NCBI GenBank assembly: GCA_944322965.1
Contig: CALUQR010000009.1
Span: 8,845-72,844 of the forward strand
Source: Vulcanimicrobiota bacterium
Lineage (GTDB): Bacteria; Vulcanimicrobiota; Xenobia; Xenobiales; Xenobiaceae
Length of the DNA stretch: 64,000 nt
Direction: 5' to 3'
The notes beneath the pieces are model-generated. The model worked only from the letters and a program-made list of their open reading frames with translations, was not told the DNA's origin and made no database searches. Position 1 is the first letter of the stretch; every line of letters begins with the position of its first letter. This document shows positions 1-8,837 of the stretch, one piece after another. The position numbers and the translations under genes were made by a program.

Positions 1-235
1 CATATTAACTGAAGGGTCAAAACCCCGCATTGCGTCCATGACTAATCCTCCGATTGTGCTTTTATCTACCTTGGATTCTAGGAGGTTCAGGGCAAAAGTG
101 CATGGCTTTTATGTTAAAAAATCAACAACTGGGCCCAAAACTACCTATAAAAGCCGAAAAAGAAGCCCTCTCCCCTTCTAGAAAGAAGGCCTAAATCTTG
201 CTGACAACTTTAATAAATATCAGCTCTTTTAGCTC

Positions 236-265
236 TTGCTTTCTGCCTAAAGATGATGGTATAAT
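236..265 (+). promoter_or_regulatory. sigma70-like promoter (TTGCTT-N18-TATAAT, extended TGgTATAAT) upstream of tRNA-Gln
   Basis: TTGCTT at 236-241 and TATAAT at 260-265, about 15 nt upstream of the tRNA 5' end. The same TGGTATAATGC -10 context occurs at ~23983 upstream of the RTX-like gene. Confidence 0.5.
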
Positions 266-279
266 GCCAACCGTTCCAT

Positions 280-355
280 TGAGGCGTAGCCAAGCGGTAA
301 GGCAGCGGACTTTGGATCCGCCACTCCCTAGGTTCGAATCCTAGCGCCTCAGCCA
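280..355 (+). tRNA. tRNA-Gln (anticodon UUG)
   Basis: Cloverleaf read by eye: acceptor TGAGGCG/CGCCTCA, anticodon stem GCGGA/TCCGC with loop CTTTGGA (anticodon TTG), T-arm CTAGG-TTCGAAT-CCTAG, encoded CCA. Confidence 0.8.
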
Positions 356-406
356 AAAAGCCCTTTTCCTCTCCAAGCAGGGATGGAAGGGGCTTTTTTT
401 GTATAT
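356..406 (+). terminator. Rho-independent terminator after tRNA-Gln
   Basis: GC-rich imperfect hairpin (gcccttttcc ... ggaaggggc) followed by a T7 run. Confidence 0.55.
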
Positions 407-457
407 ACTGGCGCTTATTTTGGCAGTTAATTTAGACCATTTGGGGAGGTTCTCTCA

Positions 458-2068
458 GTGAATATCTTTTCTAAATTCCTGGCGACTGGAGTCCTGGCTT
501 GCCTCTTGGCCTGCCCCGCTCTGGCCTCTACCCCTGAGGATTTCATCAGCGTCACCTTAGACGGGCGGGTACTCTATCTACCCCAAGCCCCCGTCCTCAA
601 AGATGGCAATACGATGGTCCCCCTCTTGGGTATCTTCGAAGCCATGGGAGCCACCGTGCGCTGGAACGCTGAAACCCGCACCGTCACCGCCAACACCGCC
701 ACGGATGCTGAGCTGATGGCCAACCCCCAAGCTCCCAATACGGTAATTAAAGTTACCATCGACGCCCCCGAGGCCACGGTCAACGACCAGCCCGTCAAGT
801 TGGCTACCCCGGCCCAGATTATAGCCGGCAATACTATGGTCCCCTTGCGCTTTGTAGGCGAGGCCATGGGCGCTAAGTTGAAGTGGTTTGGCGACCAGCG
901 TCTAATCGCCATCGCTACCCCCGGTAACGAGGCCTTCTTAGGGCCGGAAGAGGAGACGACTACCCCCCAAACTTCGGTAGCTATCCCCCCGGCTACGCCC
1001 GCAGCTCCCGCCGCTACTCCCGCGCCCGAGGCTAAGACGGAAGAGGGAACGACCCCCTCTGCGGAGGCTGCTACCGCCGCTACCCAGCCCAGCGCCCCTC
1101 CGCCCCCCGCCAATTTCAATTACGAGCAATTGAAGCGCCTACAGACGGGCGGTCAGGCGGGCTTAGTGCGCGTCTTAACGGAAGACTTACAGCAAGCGGC
1201 CTACACCCGCACCTTAGACGACTATACGACCGCCGCCTATACGACGGAGCAGCGCCTGCAGATCTTGCAACTTTTGGGAGTCTTAACCGACGAGTTAGAC
1301 GCCTTAGCTATCCATCTCATCAATAATTACCAGGAGAATCGCAAGCAGCACTTGCAATTAGTGGCCCTCTTGGGCGTCCTCTGCGGCCAAGACGCCATCT
1401 CCTTAAATTATGAGGCCCGCAACCGCGTCTTCGCCTTCTTAGTCAATAAGCTCCAAAATGGCGATCCCAAGTTGGGCGCCAATGGCAGCAACGTCTTGCG
1501 CCGCCAGTGCCTCTTAGCCCTGGCCCTCTCCCACAACTTGAGCCCCGAGGCCATCGAGGCCGTAGTCAAATTCTACGAGACGGAGACTAACTACTACTGT
1601 CTGAGCCCCATCGCCCTCTTCTTCGGGCAGCAGGTCAATACTATCAACGCCTTACCTAACGGGGCGGAGTTAATGGCTAGAGCTCGGGCCGTCCCCTCTA
1701 TGTATCAGGCCCAAATCGAAAAGTTCGTAGAGAACGCCCTCAAGAATAAGGTCAATATGCCCCCCGCCGGTTATCCGGAAGGGCCTACCCAACCCGTCTG
1801 GGCTACCTCTACCCCGGCGGCCGCTCCGGCTACGACGCTGACTACTCCCGCCGCGACTCCAGCTACCACGGTCACTACCCCCGCGGTCACCCCAGCTGCC
1901 ACAGTCACTACTCCGGCGGTAACCCCAGCCGCTACGGTCACTACTCCGGCGGTAACTCCGGCTACTACGGTTACCACTCCGGCGACGACCCCCGCCGCTC
2001 CGGCTCCTGAGGCCCCGGCGCCCCAGCCCGCTATCCCCGTCCCCAGCCAAATCCCGCTGGGAGAGTAG
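458..2068 (+). CDS. Secreted protein with two copper-amine-oxidase N-terminal-like domains and Pro/Thr/Ala-rich tandem repeats
   Basis: Signal peptide (MNIFSKFLATGVLACLLACPALAS). Two copies of the GNTMVPL(L/R)...EAMGA...W motif typical of Cu-amine-oxidase N-domain (stalk) proteins. Low-complexity TPAATPA linkers. C-terminal TPAVTPAATVTT x4 tandem repeat. Confidence 0.6.
   Translation: MNIFSKFLATGVLACLLACPALASTPEDFISVTLDGRVLYLPQAPVLKDGNTMVPLLGIFEAMGATVRWNAETRTVTANTATDAELMANPQAPNTVIKVTIDAPEATVNDQPVKLATPAQIIAGNTMVPLRFVGEAMGAKLKWFGDQRLIAIATPGNEAFLGPEEETTTPQTSVAIPPATPAAPAATPAPEAKTEEGTTPSAEAATAATQPSAPPPPANFNYEQLKRLQTGGQAGLVRVLTEDLQQAAYTRTLDDYTTAAYTTEQRLQILQLLGVLTDELDALAIHLINNYQENRKQHLQLVALLGVLCGQDAISLNYEARNRVFAFLVNKLQNGDPKLGANGSNVLRRQCLLALALSHNLSPEAIEAVVKFYETETNYYCLSPIALFFGQQVNTINALPNGAELMARARAVPSMYQAQIEKFVENALKNKVNMPPAGYPEGPTQPVWATSTPAAAPATTLTTPAATPATTVTTPAVTPAATVTTPAVTPAATVTTPAVTPATTVTTPATTPAAPAPEAPAPQPAIPVPSQIPLGE
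1800..1990 (+). repeat. In-frame ~33-bp tandem repeat (about 4-5 copies) encoding TTPAVTPAATV units
   Basis: Direct reading of repeated actccggcggtaaccccagccgctacggtcact units. Likely length-variable. Confidence 0.6.
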
Positions 2069-2102
2069 GGCCTCTCCTAAAAAGCCCAAGGAGCCTCGCT
2101 AG

Positions 2103-3170
2103 ATGACTTTTCAAGAGATCGAAACTATTCTCCAAGGCTTGACCTTCCCTCAAAGTACGGCCAACTTAAAGGAGTTGCGCCTCTTAGAGAGCTTTGAGCC
2201 TACCCCTAAGGGGGGCCGTCTCTTCTTGCTCATCCCCTCCCCTTACGAGGCGGTGGGCGACCAGGTGCAAGAGGAGATCCGCCAGGCCCTGTCCCAGCGT
2301 TGGCCGGAAGGGGAGTTCACCTTCCAAATGGCTTGCCGCATCCCCTTAGCGGCGGCCAGCGCCCAAGCCCAAGTGGACTCTCCCACCCGCCCGGCCATTA
2401 AGAATTATCTGGCTATCGCCTCCGGCAAAGGGGGCGTGGGTAAGAGTACGGTGGCCGTCAACTTGGCCTGCTCTTTAGCTAGGGCGGGGGCCAAGGTGGG
2501 CCTTTTAGACGCCGACATTTATGGACCGAGTCTGCCTACGATGATGGGCGTTCGCCACCCCATAGTCTTAACCGACCCTCAACAGCAGCTCATCCCCTTA
2601 GAGCGCTACGGCTTAAAGATTATGTCTTTAGGCTTCCTCTTAGGCGATCAGCGCAAGTCCGTCCTCTGGCGGGGTCCCATGTTGCACGGCGTCTTGCAGC
2701 AGTTTTTGGAGCAAGTAGCCTGGGGCGAGCTGGACTATCTGCTCTTAGACCTCCCTCCCGGGACGGGCGACGTGCAGATGTCTCTGTGCCAATTGGCCCC
2801 TTTGAGCGGAGCGATCATCGTCTCCACCCCTCAGGATTTGGCTCTCAACGTGGCCTTAAAGGCGGTCGACCTCTTCCAGACCCTCAAGACCCCCATCGCG
2901 GGCTTCATTGAGAATATGAGCTACTTCCAGTGCCCCCACTGCGGCCAGCGCCAAGAGCTCTTTGGCAGCCACGGCGCCCAAAACGCCGCGCAAGAGTTGG
3001 GCGTGCCCTGTCTGGGAAATATCCCCTTAGAAGTCTCCATCCGCCAGGCGGGCGATAAGGGAACCCCCGTAGTCTTAGCCGACCCCGAAAGCGCTAGCGC
3101 CCAAGCCTTCGAAAAGAGCGCCCAAGCCCTAGCCGCCCGCATAGCCCAATTAGACTGCCAAGAGGGCTAG
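2103..3170 (+). CDS. apbC: Mrp/ApbC/NBP35-family Fe-S cluster carrier ATPase with N-terminal DUF59-like domain
   Basis: Deviant Walker A motif (AIASGKGGVGKST). CPHCGQ metal-binding motif. Typical ParA/MinD-fold length and order. Confidence 0.85.
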   Translation: MTFQEIETILQGLTFPQSTANLKELRLLESFEPTPKGGRLFLLIPSPYEAVGDQVQEEIRQALSQRWPEGEFTFQMACRIPLAAASAQAQVDSPTRPAIKNYLAIASGKGGVGKSTVAVNLACSLARAGAKVGLLDADIYGPSLPTMMGVRHPIVLTDPQQQLIPLERYGLKIMSLGFLLGDQRKSVLWRGPMLHGVLQQFLEQVAWGELDYLLLDLPPGTGDVQMSLCQLAPLSGAIIVSTPQDLALNVALKAVDLFQTLKTPIAGFIENMSYFQCPHCGQRQELFGSHGAQNAAQELGVPCLGNIPLEVSIRQAGDKGTPVVLADPESASAQAFEKSAQALAARIAQLDCQEG

Positions 3171-3185
3171 ACCAAAATCCAATAA

Positions 3186-3226
3186 AAAACTCCCCGGCCT
3201 CTCCTCAGAGAGGCCGGGGAGTTTCT
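3186..3226. terminator. Bidirectional rho-independent terminator between convergent apbC and ackA
   Basis: Perfect 14-bp stem CTCCCCGGCCTCTC / GAGAGGCCGGGGAG with an A-run on one side and a T-run on the other. Confidence 0.7.
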
Positions 3227-3230
3227 ATAA

Positions 3231-4520
3231 TTACGCATTCCGCATTACGAATTCCGAATTACGCATTCCGCATTCCGCATTCCGAATTATCGTAAAAGTG
3301 TCGCGAGCGATCATCACCTCTTCATTGGTGGGGATGACCCAGATCTTGACCCGCGAGTCGGCCCGAGCGATGTCGCCCGCCGTACCCCGCTTCAGGGAGT
3401 CGTTGAGCGCTAGATCGATATCGATACCCATACACTCTAAGCCCTCGCAGGCCTGGGCGCGCACGATGGGCGAGTTCTGGCCGATGCCGCCCGTAAAGAC
3501 GATAGCCTGGGCGCCGTGCATCTCCGCAAAGTAAGAGCCGATATACTTGGTGAGGCGCAAGCAGAACATATCTAAGGCCAACTTAGCCCGCTCGTGACCG
3601 GAGACGGCCGCTTCCTCGATGTCGCGCATATCGGAAGAGAGGCCGGAGATCCCCAAAAGGCCGGACTTTTTATTCATCAAGTCGTCTAAGCCCTTGCCGT
3701 CTAACTGGGCGTGTTCCATCAAGAAGGGCAGGATAGAGGCGTCTAAGTCGCCGCAGCGCGTACCCATCACCAAGCCCTCCAAGGGGGTGAAGCCCATGGA
3801 AGTATCTAAGCACTTACCCTCTTTAACCGCACAGACGGAGCTGCCGTTCCCTAAGTGCAAGATAATAATATTGACCTTATCTATGGGGGTATTGGTCAAA
3901 GCGGCGTATTTCTGGGTCACGTAACGGTAAGAGGTACCGTGGAAACCGTAACGGCGAATCTGGTAGCGCTCGTAATACTCGTAGGGCAGGGCGTAGAGGT
4001 AATTTATGGGGCGCATCGTCGTATGGAAGGAGGGATCGAAGACCGCCACCTGGGGAATATCATGGCCCATAAACTCCCGACAGGCCTGGATACCCATCAC
4101 TTGGGGGCGCTGGTGTAAGGGGCCCAGCGGGATGAGATCGCTAATCCCTTGTAAGACCTGGTCGTCGATTAAGGTCGACTTGGTAAAGCGCTCGCCGCCG
4201 TGCAGGATGCGGTGGCCGACCGCCTGGATGTCCTTCAAACTGGAGACGCCTTCGATGCCCGCCTGGCCCGAATTGATCCAATCGAAGATGGCGCAGATGG
4301 CCTCGCGATGGTCGCGCAGAGGGCGGACCCCCTTGATCCCCTCGCTGCCAGTAGCCCTCATCCCGTAGAGGGCCTGCTCAGAGCCGATCTTTTCACAATT
4401 ACCGGACGCCAGACACCGCTCACTGTCATTCTTCATCATCTCCAAATCAGTCTGGATAATTTGGAATTTGACCGTCGAAGAACCGCAATTTAAAACGAGA
4501 ATATTCATGATGGGGCCCAA
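3231..4520 (-). CDS. ackA: Acetate (or propionate) kinase
   Basis: N-terminus MNILVLNCGSSTVKFQII and C-terminal VIPTNEEVMIARDT are hallmark acetokinase motifs. The product is ~20 aa longer than usual because of a heptamer-repeat-encoded tail. Confidence 0.85.
   Translation of the reverse strand: MGPIMNILVLNCGSSTVKFQIIQTDLEMMKNDSERCLASGNCEKIGSEQALYGMRATGSEGIKGVRPLRDHREAICAIFDWINSGQAGIEGVSSLKDIQAVGHRILHGGERFTKSTLIDDQVLQGISDLIPLGPLHQRPQVMGIQACREFMGHDIPQVAVFDPSFHTTMRPINYLYALPYEYYERYQIRRYGFHGTSYRYVTQKYAALTNTPIDKVNIIILHLGNGSSVCAVKEGKCLDTSMGFTPLEGLVMGTRCGDLDASILPFLMEHAQLDGKGLDDLMNKKSGLLGISGLSSDMRDIEEAAVSGHERAKLALDMFCLRLTKYIGSYFAEMHGAQAIVFTGGIGQNSPIVRAQACEGLECMGIDIDLALNDSLKRGTAGDIARADSRVKIWVIPTNEEVMIARDTFTIIRNAECGMRNSEFVMRNA
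3232..3294. repeat. Tandem 7-bp microsatellite (TWCGMAT, ~9 copies) forming the 3' end of ackA
   Basis: tacgcat tccgcat tacgaat tccgaat tacgcat tccgcat tccgcat tccgaat read directly. The array encodes the C-terminal tail ...RNAECGMRNSEFVMRNA. Confidence 0.8.
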
Positions 4521-4589
4521 TTTCTAGCCCTTTTGGCCTAACTCCTACTCCCCTACTTATCCCGCTAACTGTGCTATAATACCCCGGTT

Positions 4590-5654
4590 ATGAGCTCCTA
4601 TCTCATCATCCATACGGGGGGAGGACTGGGAGATCTCCTCCTCTCGACTATCGTCATCGAAGCCCTCCATAGAGCCGATCCCCAAGCGGAGATCGACTTT
4701 TTAGTGCGCGCCTCTAACAAGCCGGCCCTCAGCGCCAACCCCCACCTGCGCCAGATCTTAACTTGCGACGCCCCCCGCCCCGCCTGGAGCCAGCTCCCCC
4801 GGTGGATGGCCCGCCTGCGCGCCCAACGCTACCAGACGGCCCTCCTCTTATGGAGCAATACCCCCTGGGCCTACGCCCTCTGGGGAGCGGGGATCCCCCG
4901 CCGGGTGGGCCAAGACTCGCGCTTTAGTTACTCCTGGACCTTCACCCACCCCGTCCCTATCCGCTCTGAACATGGCGATACCCACAGCCACTGGACGGAG
5001 ATCCTCTTAGATTTCGTGCGGGCCTTAGATCTGCCCGTAGCTAGCGATCTGCGCCCTTACTTCGCCATCTCCCCCGCCGCCCACAGCCGGGCCCTAGAAC
5101 TCTTAAAGCGCCTGCCCCCCGGGGAGGGCCCCATTATTGGCTTCCATCCCAGCAAGGGGGTAGCCCACTTAGAGCGCGTCTGGCCCTGGGAACGCCTGGG
5201 CCAATACGTAGAGGCCCTAGAGAAGGAATTGGGGGCTCGCCTCTACCTGAGCGGCGGCCCCGCCGAGCGCCCCTTAATTGACGAGCTCCTCCGCTCCAAG
5301 TCGCTGCGGGCCCTCAATCTAGCGGGAGAGACGGATATTGAGACTCTGGCCGCCCTAGCCGCCCACTCCCAACTCTTCGTCTGCCCCGACTCCGGCCCCG
5401 CCCACTTAGCCTCCATTGTGGGGACCCCGGTAGTCGACCTCTTCGCCCTCAAGGAGGAGTTCCCCCAACGTTGGGCCCCCCGCTGGGCCCCCTACCGCTC
5501 TCTGCGCCCCAGCAGCTGGAGTTGTCAGAGGGAGCCCTGCCGCAAAAATCTCTGCCCCTATATCGACTGTTACCGGGAGATAAGTCCCCAGCAGGTAGTG
5601 GGGGCCGCTCGCGAGCTCCTAGAAGAGGTTAGCTCCCGATCTATCTCTAAATAA
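4590..5654 (+). CDS. Glycosyltransferase family 9 (ADP-heptose:LPS heptosyltransferase-like)
   Basis: N-terminal GGGLGDLL motif. C-terminal VCPDSGPAHLASIVGTPVVDLF matches the GT9 nucleotide-sugar binding motif. Confidence 0.7.
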   Translation: MSSYLIIHTGGGLGDLLLSTIVIEALHRADPQAEIDFLVRASNKPALSANPHLRQILTCDAPRPAWSQLPRWMARLRAQRYQTALLLWSNTPWAYALWGAGIPRRVGQDSRFSYSWTFTHPVPIRSEHGDTHSHWTEILLDFVRALDLPVASDLRPYFAISPAAHSRALELLKRLPPGEGPIIGFHPSKGVAHLERVWPWERLGQYVEALEKELGARLYLSGGPAERPLIDELLRSKSLRALNLAGETDIETLAALAAHSQLFVCPDSGPAHLASIVGTPVVDLFALKEEFPQRWAPRWAPYRSLRPSSWSCQREPCRKNLCPYIDCYREISPQQVVGAARELLEEVSSRSISK

Positions 5655-5712
5655 GAGATTAATATGAGCGCCCTCCCCGGAGTGCGGCCACCTTTATAAG
5701 AGGAGAAAGAAC

Positions 5713-6987
5713 GTGGGTAAACAATCGCCCTCCCCCGTCGAAAAGGGAGAATTCTTTATAGATACTAGCCTCTTGGAGCTCTCCCATAGCGATCTCAAAG
5801 CCTACCGCCCCCGCACCCCCGCCGACCAATTAAAAGAGAAGATGGAGCGCCTGCGCGAGAGTAAGGTGGGAGTAGGCGAATTCTTAGAGGCTCTGCCCAT
5901 CCCGGCCGTCATCTTGGAGGGCAATCGCCAGATCGTAGCCTCCAATCGAGCCTTGGCCGACTTATTGAGTCAACTGAATATCCCCCTCAACCTGGGCCTG
6001 CGCCCGGGCGAGACCTTGCGCTGTCTCTACTCCCAGGAGTGCTCTACCGGCTGCGGCACGGGGGAAAAGTGTCGCCTCTGTCCGGCCTTTAAAGCTATCC
6101 TCAGCGCCCAGGCGGGGCAGCCCTCCTTCAATCGCTGCGACCTGACTATTAAGACCCGCCAGGGCTCAAAGCAAATTAACGTCATGGTCTCTACCGCCCC
6201 CCTGCCCTCCCTCCAGCCTGCGGAGTATATCCTCATGACCTTCCAGGATATAACCCCTCAAGTGCGCCGCCACAACCTGGACCGCATCTTCTTCCACGAT
6301 CTCCTCAATACGAATTGGCTCATTAGCGGCTACGTCAACTTGATGATGCTCAATCCCCACAAGAGCGAACCGCTCTACGTGGAGCGCCTCCACCAAGCCT
6401 CCCAAAGGCTAGTAGACGAGATCGAGGCCCAGCGCGACCTGGCCAACGTCCAGGCCCATGAACTCCCCTTCAATTTCCAATCTAGCGATTTGGGCCAACT
6501 TATAGAAGAGGTCCTCAATAAATACCATAACGATCCTAATAATACTAAGCTCAATATCCTCACTCGGGCCAATCTGCCACGAGTGACCATCTTCACCCTC
6601 CCCCAACTGCTGCGCCGCCTCCTGCGCGGCCTCTTTAAGTCTATCTCCTACCTCTGTACTAGTCAGACTATCTTGGAGATAAGCTACCTGCGCGAAGGGG
6701 AACGGGCGGTCATCGTCATCCACGAGCGCCACCTCTACCTCTCCCCTAAAGATTGCGCCAATTTCCAACAGCTGCTCGCCTTGCGCAATAATAGCCAACT
6801 AGAGGCTTACGCCTTCGACATCCTCTTAGGCCCCTGCTTACAGGGTCGATTCAAGGTGAGCTCCTCCCCAGGCACGGGAACAAACTTTATTATCTCCCTG
6901 CCCTTAGTACCCACCCCGCCCCCAACCCCCAGCCTGCCCTACGAGCTCCAAGTAGAGGTGGCCCCTTTGCCTCTAGAGGAGAAATAA
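5713..6987 (+). CDS. Cytoplasmic PAS-domain sensor histidine kinase with Cys-rich insert
   Basis: GTG start with AGGAGA RBS. PAS-like segment (IPAVILEGNRQIVASNRALADLL). CxxxCxxxxCxxC cluster. H-box-like FFHDLLNT. G2-like SSPGTGTNFIISLP at the C-terminus. Confidence 0.55.
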   Translation: MGKQSPSPVEKGEFFIDTSLLELSHSDLKAYRPRTPADQLKEKMERLRESKVGVGEFLEALPIPAVILEGNRQIVASNRALADLLSQLNIPLNLGLRPGETLRCLYSQECSTGCGTGEKCRLCPAFKAILSAQAGQPSFNRCDLTIKTRQGSKQINVMVSTAPLPSLQPAEYILMTFQDITPQVRRHNLDRIFFHDLLNTNWLISGYVNLMMLNPHKSEPLYVERLHQASQRLVDEIEAQRDLANVQAHELPFNFQSSDLGQLIEEVLNKYHNDPNNTKLNILTRANLPRVTIFTLPQLLRRLLRGLFKSISYLCTSQTILEISYLREGERAVIVIHERHLYLSPKDCANFQQLLALRNNSQLEAYAFDILLGPCLQGRFKVSSSPGTGTNFIISLPLVPTPPPTPSLPYELQVEVAPLPLEEK

Positions 6988-6990
6988 GTT

Positions 6991-7284
6991 ATGAGCGACA
7001 ACTGGGTCCTGCCGCGCTCCCTCAAAGCCCGCGAGCGCACGGAGGCACGCTACGATCTCTTGCTGGCCGGAGCGGGCGCCTTGGCCTTTTTGGCCCTCTC
7101 CATTTGGGGCGGCAATATCTTAGTGCTCTTCCTTATCGGCCTAGTCGTCTACCTGGCCTGGACGGTCAAGAACCAAGCGGCCTCCACAGAGAGTATGGGG
7201 GAAGCGATCGTAGGCTCTTTGGCTAAGATCCTCATTTGGCTCCTCTTCCTCTGGCGGGCCCTGAGCTTATTTTGGGCCCTCTAA
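6991..7284 (+). CDS. Small two-TM membrane protein, hypothetical
   Basis: Two hydrophobic helices. Start overlaps the upstream stop (ATGA-type coupling). Confidence 0.35.
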   Translation: MSDNWVLPRSLKARERTEARYDLLLAGAGALAFLALSIWGGNILVLFLIGLVVYLAWTVKNQAASTESMGEAIVGSLAKILIWLLFLWRALSLFWAL

Positions 7285-7301
7285 AAAAGGGTGGTAAAAA
7301 A

Positions 7302-7332
7302 GTAGAGGGTAGGTTTAGCGCCTACCCTCTAC
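7302..7332. terminator. Bidirectional terminator (12-bp perfect stem GTAGAGGGTAGG/CCTACCCTCTAC)
   Basis: Lies between convergent genes. Flanked by an A-run upstream and a T-rich stretch downstream. Confidence 0.65.
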
Positions 7333-7355
7333 CCTTAGGGTTTAACCCTCTCTAC

Positions 7356-8636
7356 TTAGCGGATCCAGCCCCGCATACGGCAGGCCTTGACCACCCGATC
7401 GATAGCGATCATGTAAGCGGCGTCGCGCAGGCAGACCTTGCGCTCGGCGGCCATCTGCAGTACGCCCTTAGTGGCGGAGACCATGCTGGCCTCTAACTTC
7501 TGCAGAGCCTCTTCCCGGGTCCAGTAGTAATTCATATTGCACTGGACCTGCTCAAAGTAAGAGCAAGTTACGCCGCCGGCGTTGGCTAAGAAGTCGGGAA
7601 CGATGGTCACGCCCCGGGCTAAGAGGTTTTTCTCAGCCTCGGGAGTGGTGGGACCGTTGGCGCCTTCCACGATAATCTTCACCGTAGAGGCTACCTGCTC
7701 CCAATTTTCCTCGGTGATAGCCCGGTCTAAAGCGGCGGGGATCAAGACCTCTACCGGCAACTTCATCCACTCGTCGCCCGCTAAGCGCTCGTAACCTAAC
7801 TCTTTAGCCCGAGCCCAATCGACGGTGCCGTACTTGTCGGTCACCGACTTCAGCTCTTCGAAGCAGACGCCGGCCTCTTTCTTATAGGTGTAAGAGCACT
7901 TGTCGGCCTTGTCCCAACAGGAGACGGCTAAGACCTTAGCCCCAATCTCATTTAAGAGCTGGACGGCGTACTGAGCTACGTTGCCAAAGCCCTGGACGGC
8001 CACGGTCATATCTTTAAGCTCTATCCCTTGAGCCTTCAAGACCTCGCGCAGAGTGTAGACTACGCCATAACCGGTGGCCTCGGTGCGCCCCTTAGAGCCG
8101 CCCATCCCTACCGGCTTACCGGTAATAAAGCCGGGCTCGTGGCCGCCGTGGATAGTCTCCAACTCGTCCATCATCCATACCATATGCTGGCCGTTAGTCA
8201 TGACGTCGGGAGCGGGGATATCCTGTACATTGCCCACCGTCCGAGCGATAGCCCGTATCCAGCCGCGGCAGATCCCTTCCTGCTCGCGCTCACTCAGTTC
8301 GCGCGGGTCGCAGACGACGCCGCCCTTAGCTCCGCCTAAAGGCAGATCGGCTACCGCGCATTTCCAGGTCATCCAGGTGGAGAGGGCGCGCACGGTGTCG
8401 GCCGTCTCTTCGGGATGGAAGCGGATGCCGCCCTTACCGGGGCCGCGGCTGTCGTTGTGCAACATCCGGAAACCGCGGAAGACGCGGGTGGTACCGTCGT
8501 CCATCCGCACCGGGATGGAGAAGTGGTACTCGCGCATAGGGTTGCGCAGGAGCTGACGAGCGTCCTGGGGCAGATCTAAAAGGTCGGCTACGTGATCGAA
8601 TTGGGCCTGAGCCATGGCAAAGGGAGATTGGGACAT
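7356..8636 (-). CDS. gdhA: NAD(P)-dependent glutamate dehydrogenase
   Basis: GGAKGGV active-site motif. GFGNVAQYA Rossmann motif. Full-length Glu/Leu/Phe/Val dehydrogenase architecture. Confidence 0.9.
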   Translation of the reverse strand: MSQSPFAMAQAQFDHVADLLDLPQDARQLLRNPMREYHFSIPVRMDDGTTRVFRGFRMLHNDSRGPGKGGIRFHPEETADTVRALSTWMTWKCAVADLPLGGAKGGVVCDPRELSEREQEGICRGWIRAIARTVGNVQDIPAPDVMTNGQHMVWMMDELETIHGGHEPGFITGKPVGMGGSKGRTEATGYGVVYTLREVLKAQGIELKDMTVAVQGFGNVAQYAVQLLNEIGAKVLAVSCWDKADKCSYTYKKEAGVCFEELKSVTDKYGTVDWARAKELGYERLAGDEWMKLPVEVLIPAALDRAITEENWEQVASTVKIIVEGANGPTTPEAEKNLLARGVTIVPDFLANAGGVTCSYFEQVQCNMNYYWTREEALQKLEASMVSATKGVLQMAAERKVCLRDAAYMIAIDRVVKACRMRGWIR

Positions 8637-8764
8637 TAACTAAGCCTCCGCATATTTCCAGTTTTCCGGGATATGAAAGCCGTCAGGTCGAGGGAACCCA
8701 GTAAGCTAGAATTAGAGAACGGGACGACTAAACCGCCCTGCCAATCCTACCTACCTCACACAAA

Positions 8765-8830
8765 AAAGACCTCCGTGCCCCTCCGCGCCGCCCTGGAAGT
8801 CAGAGGGGCGCAGAGAGGGGACGTGAGCGC
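8765..8830 (-). terminator. Probable terminator downstream of the M20 peptidase gene
   Basis: GC-rich imperfect inverted repeat followed, on the minus strand, by a T6 run (plus-strand aaaaaaga at ~8762). Confidence 0.35.
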
Positions 8831-8837
8831 GAAAAGA

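Noticed and set aside
574-2089. Several minus-strand ORFs (181, 63, 139 and 68 aa) rich in Gly/Arg/Ser
   Set aside because: They are antisense to the Pro/Thr/Ala-rich secreted protein gene. Low-complexity GC-rich repeats keep alternative frames open.
3298-4493. Five plus-strand ORFs of 78-120 aa inside ackA
   Set aside because: They are antisense to a confidently identified acetate kinase. They have no RBS or motif support.
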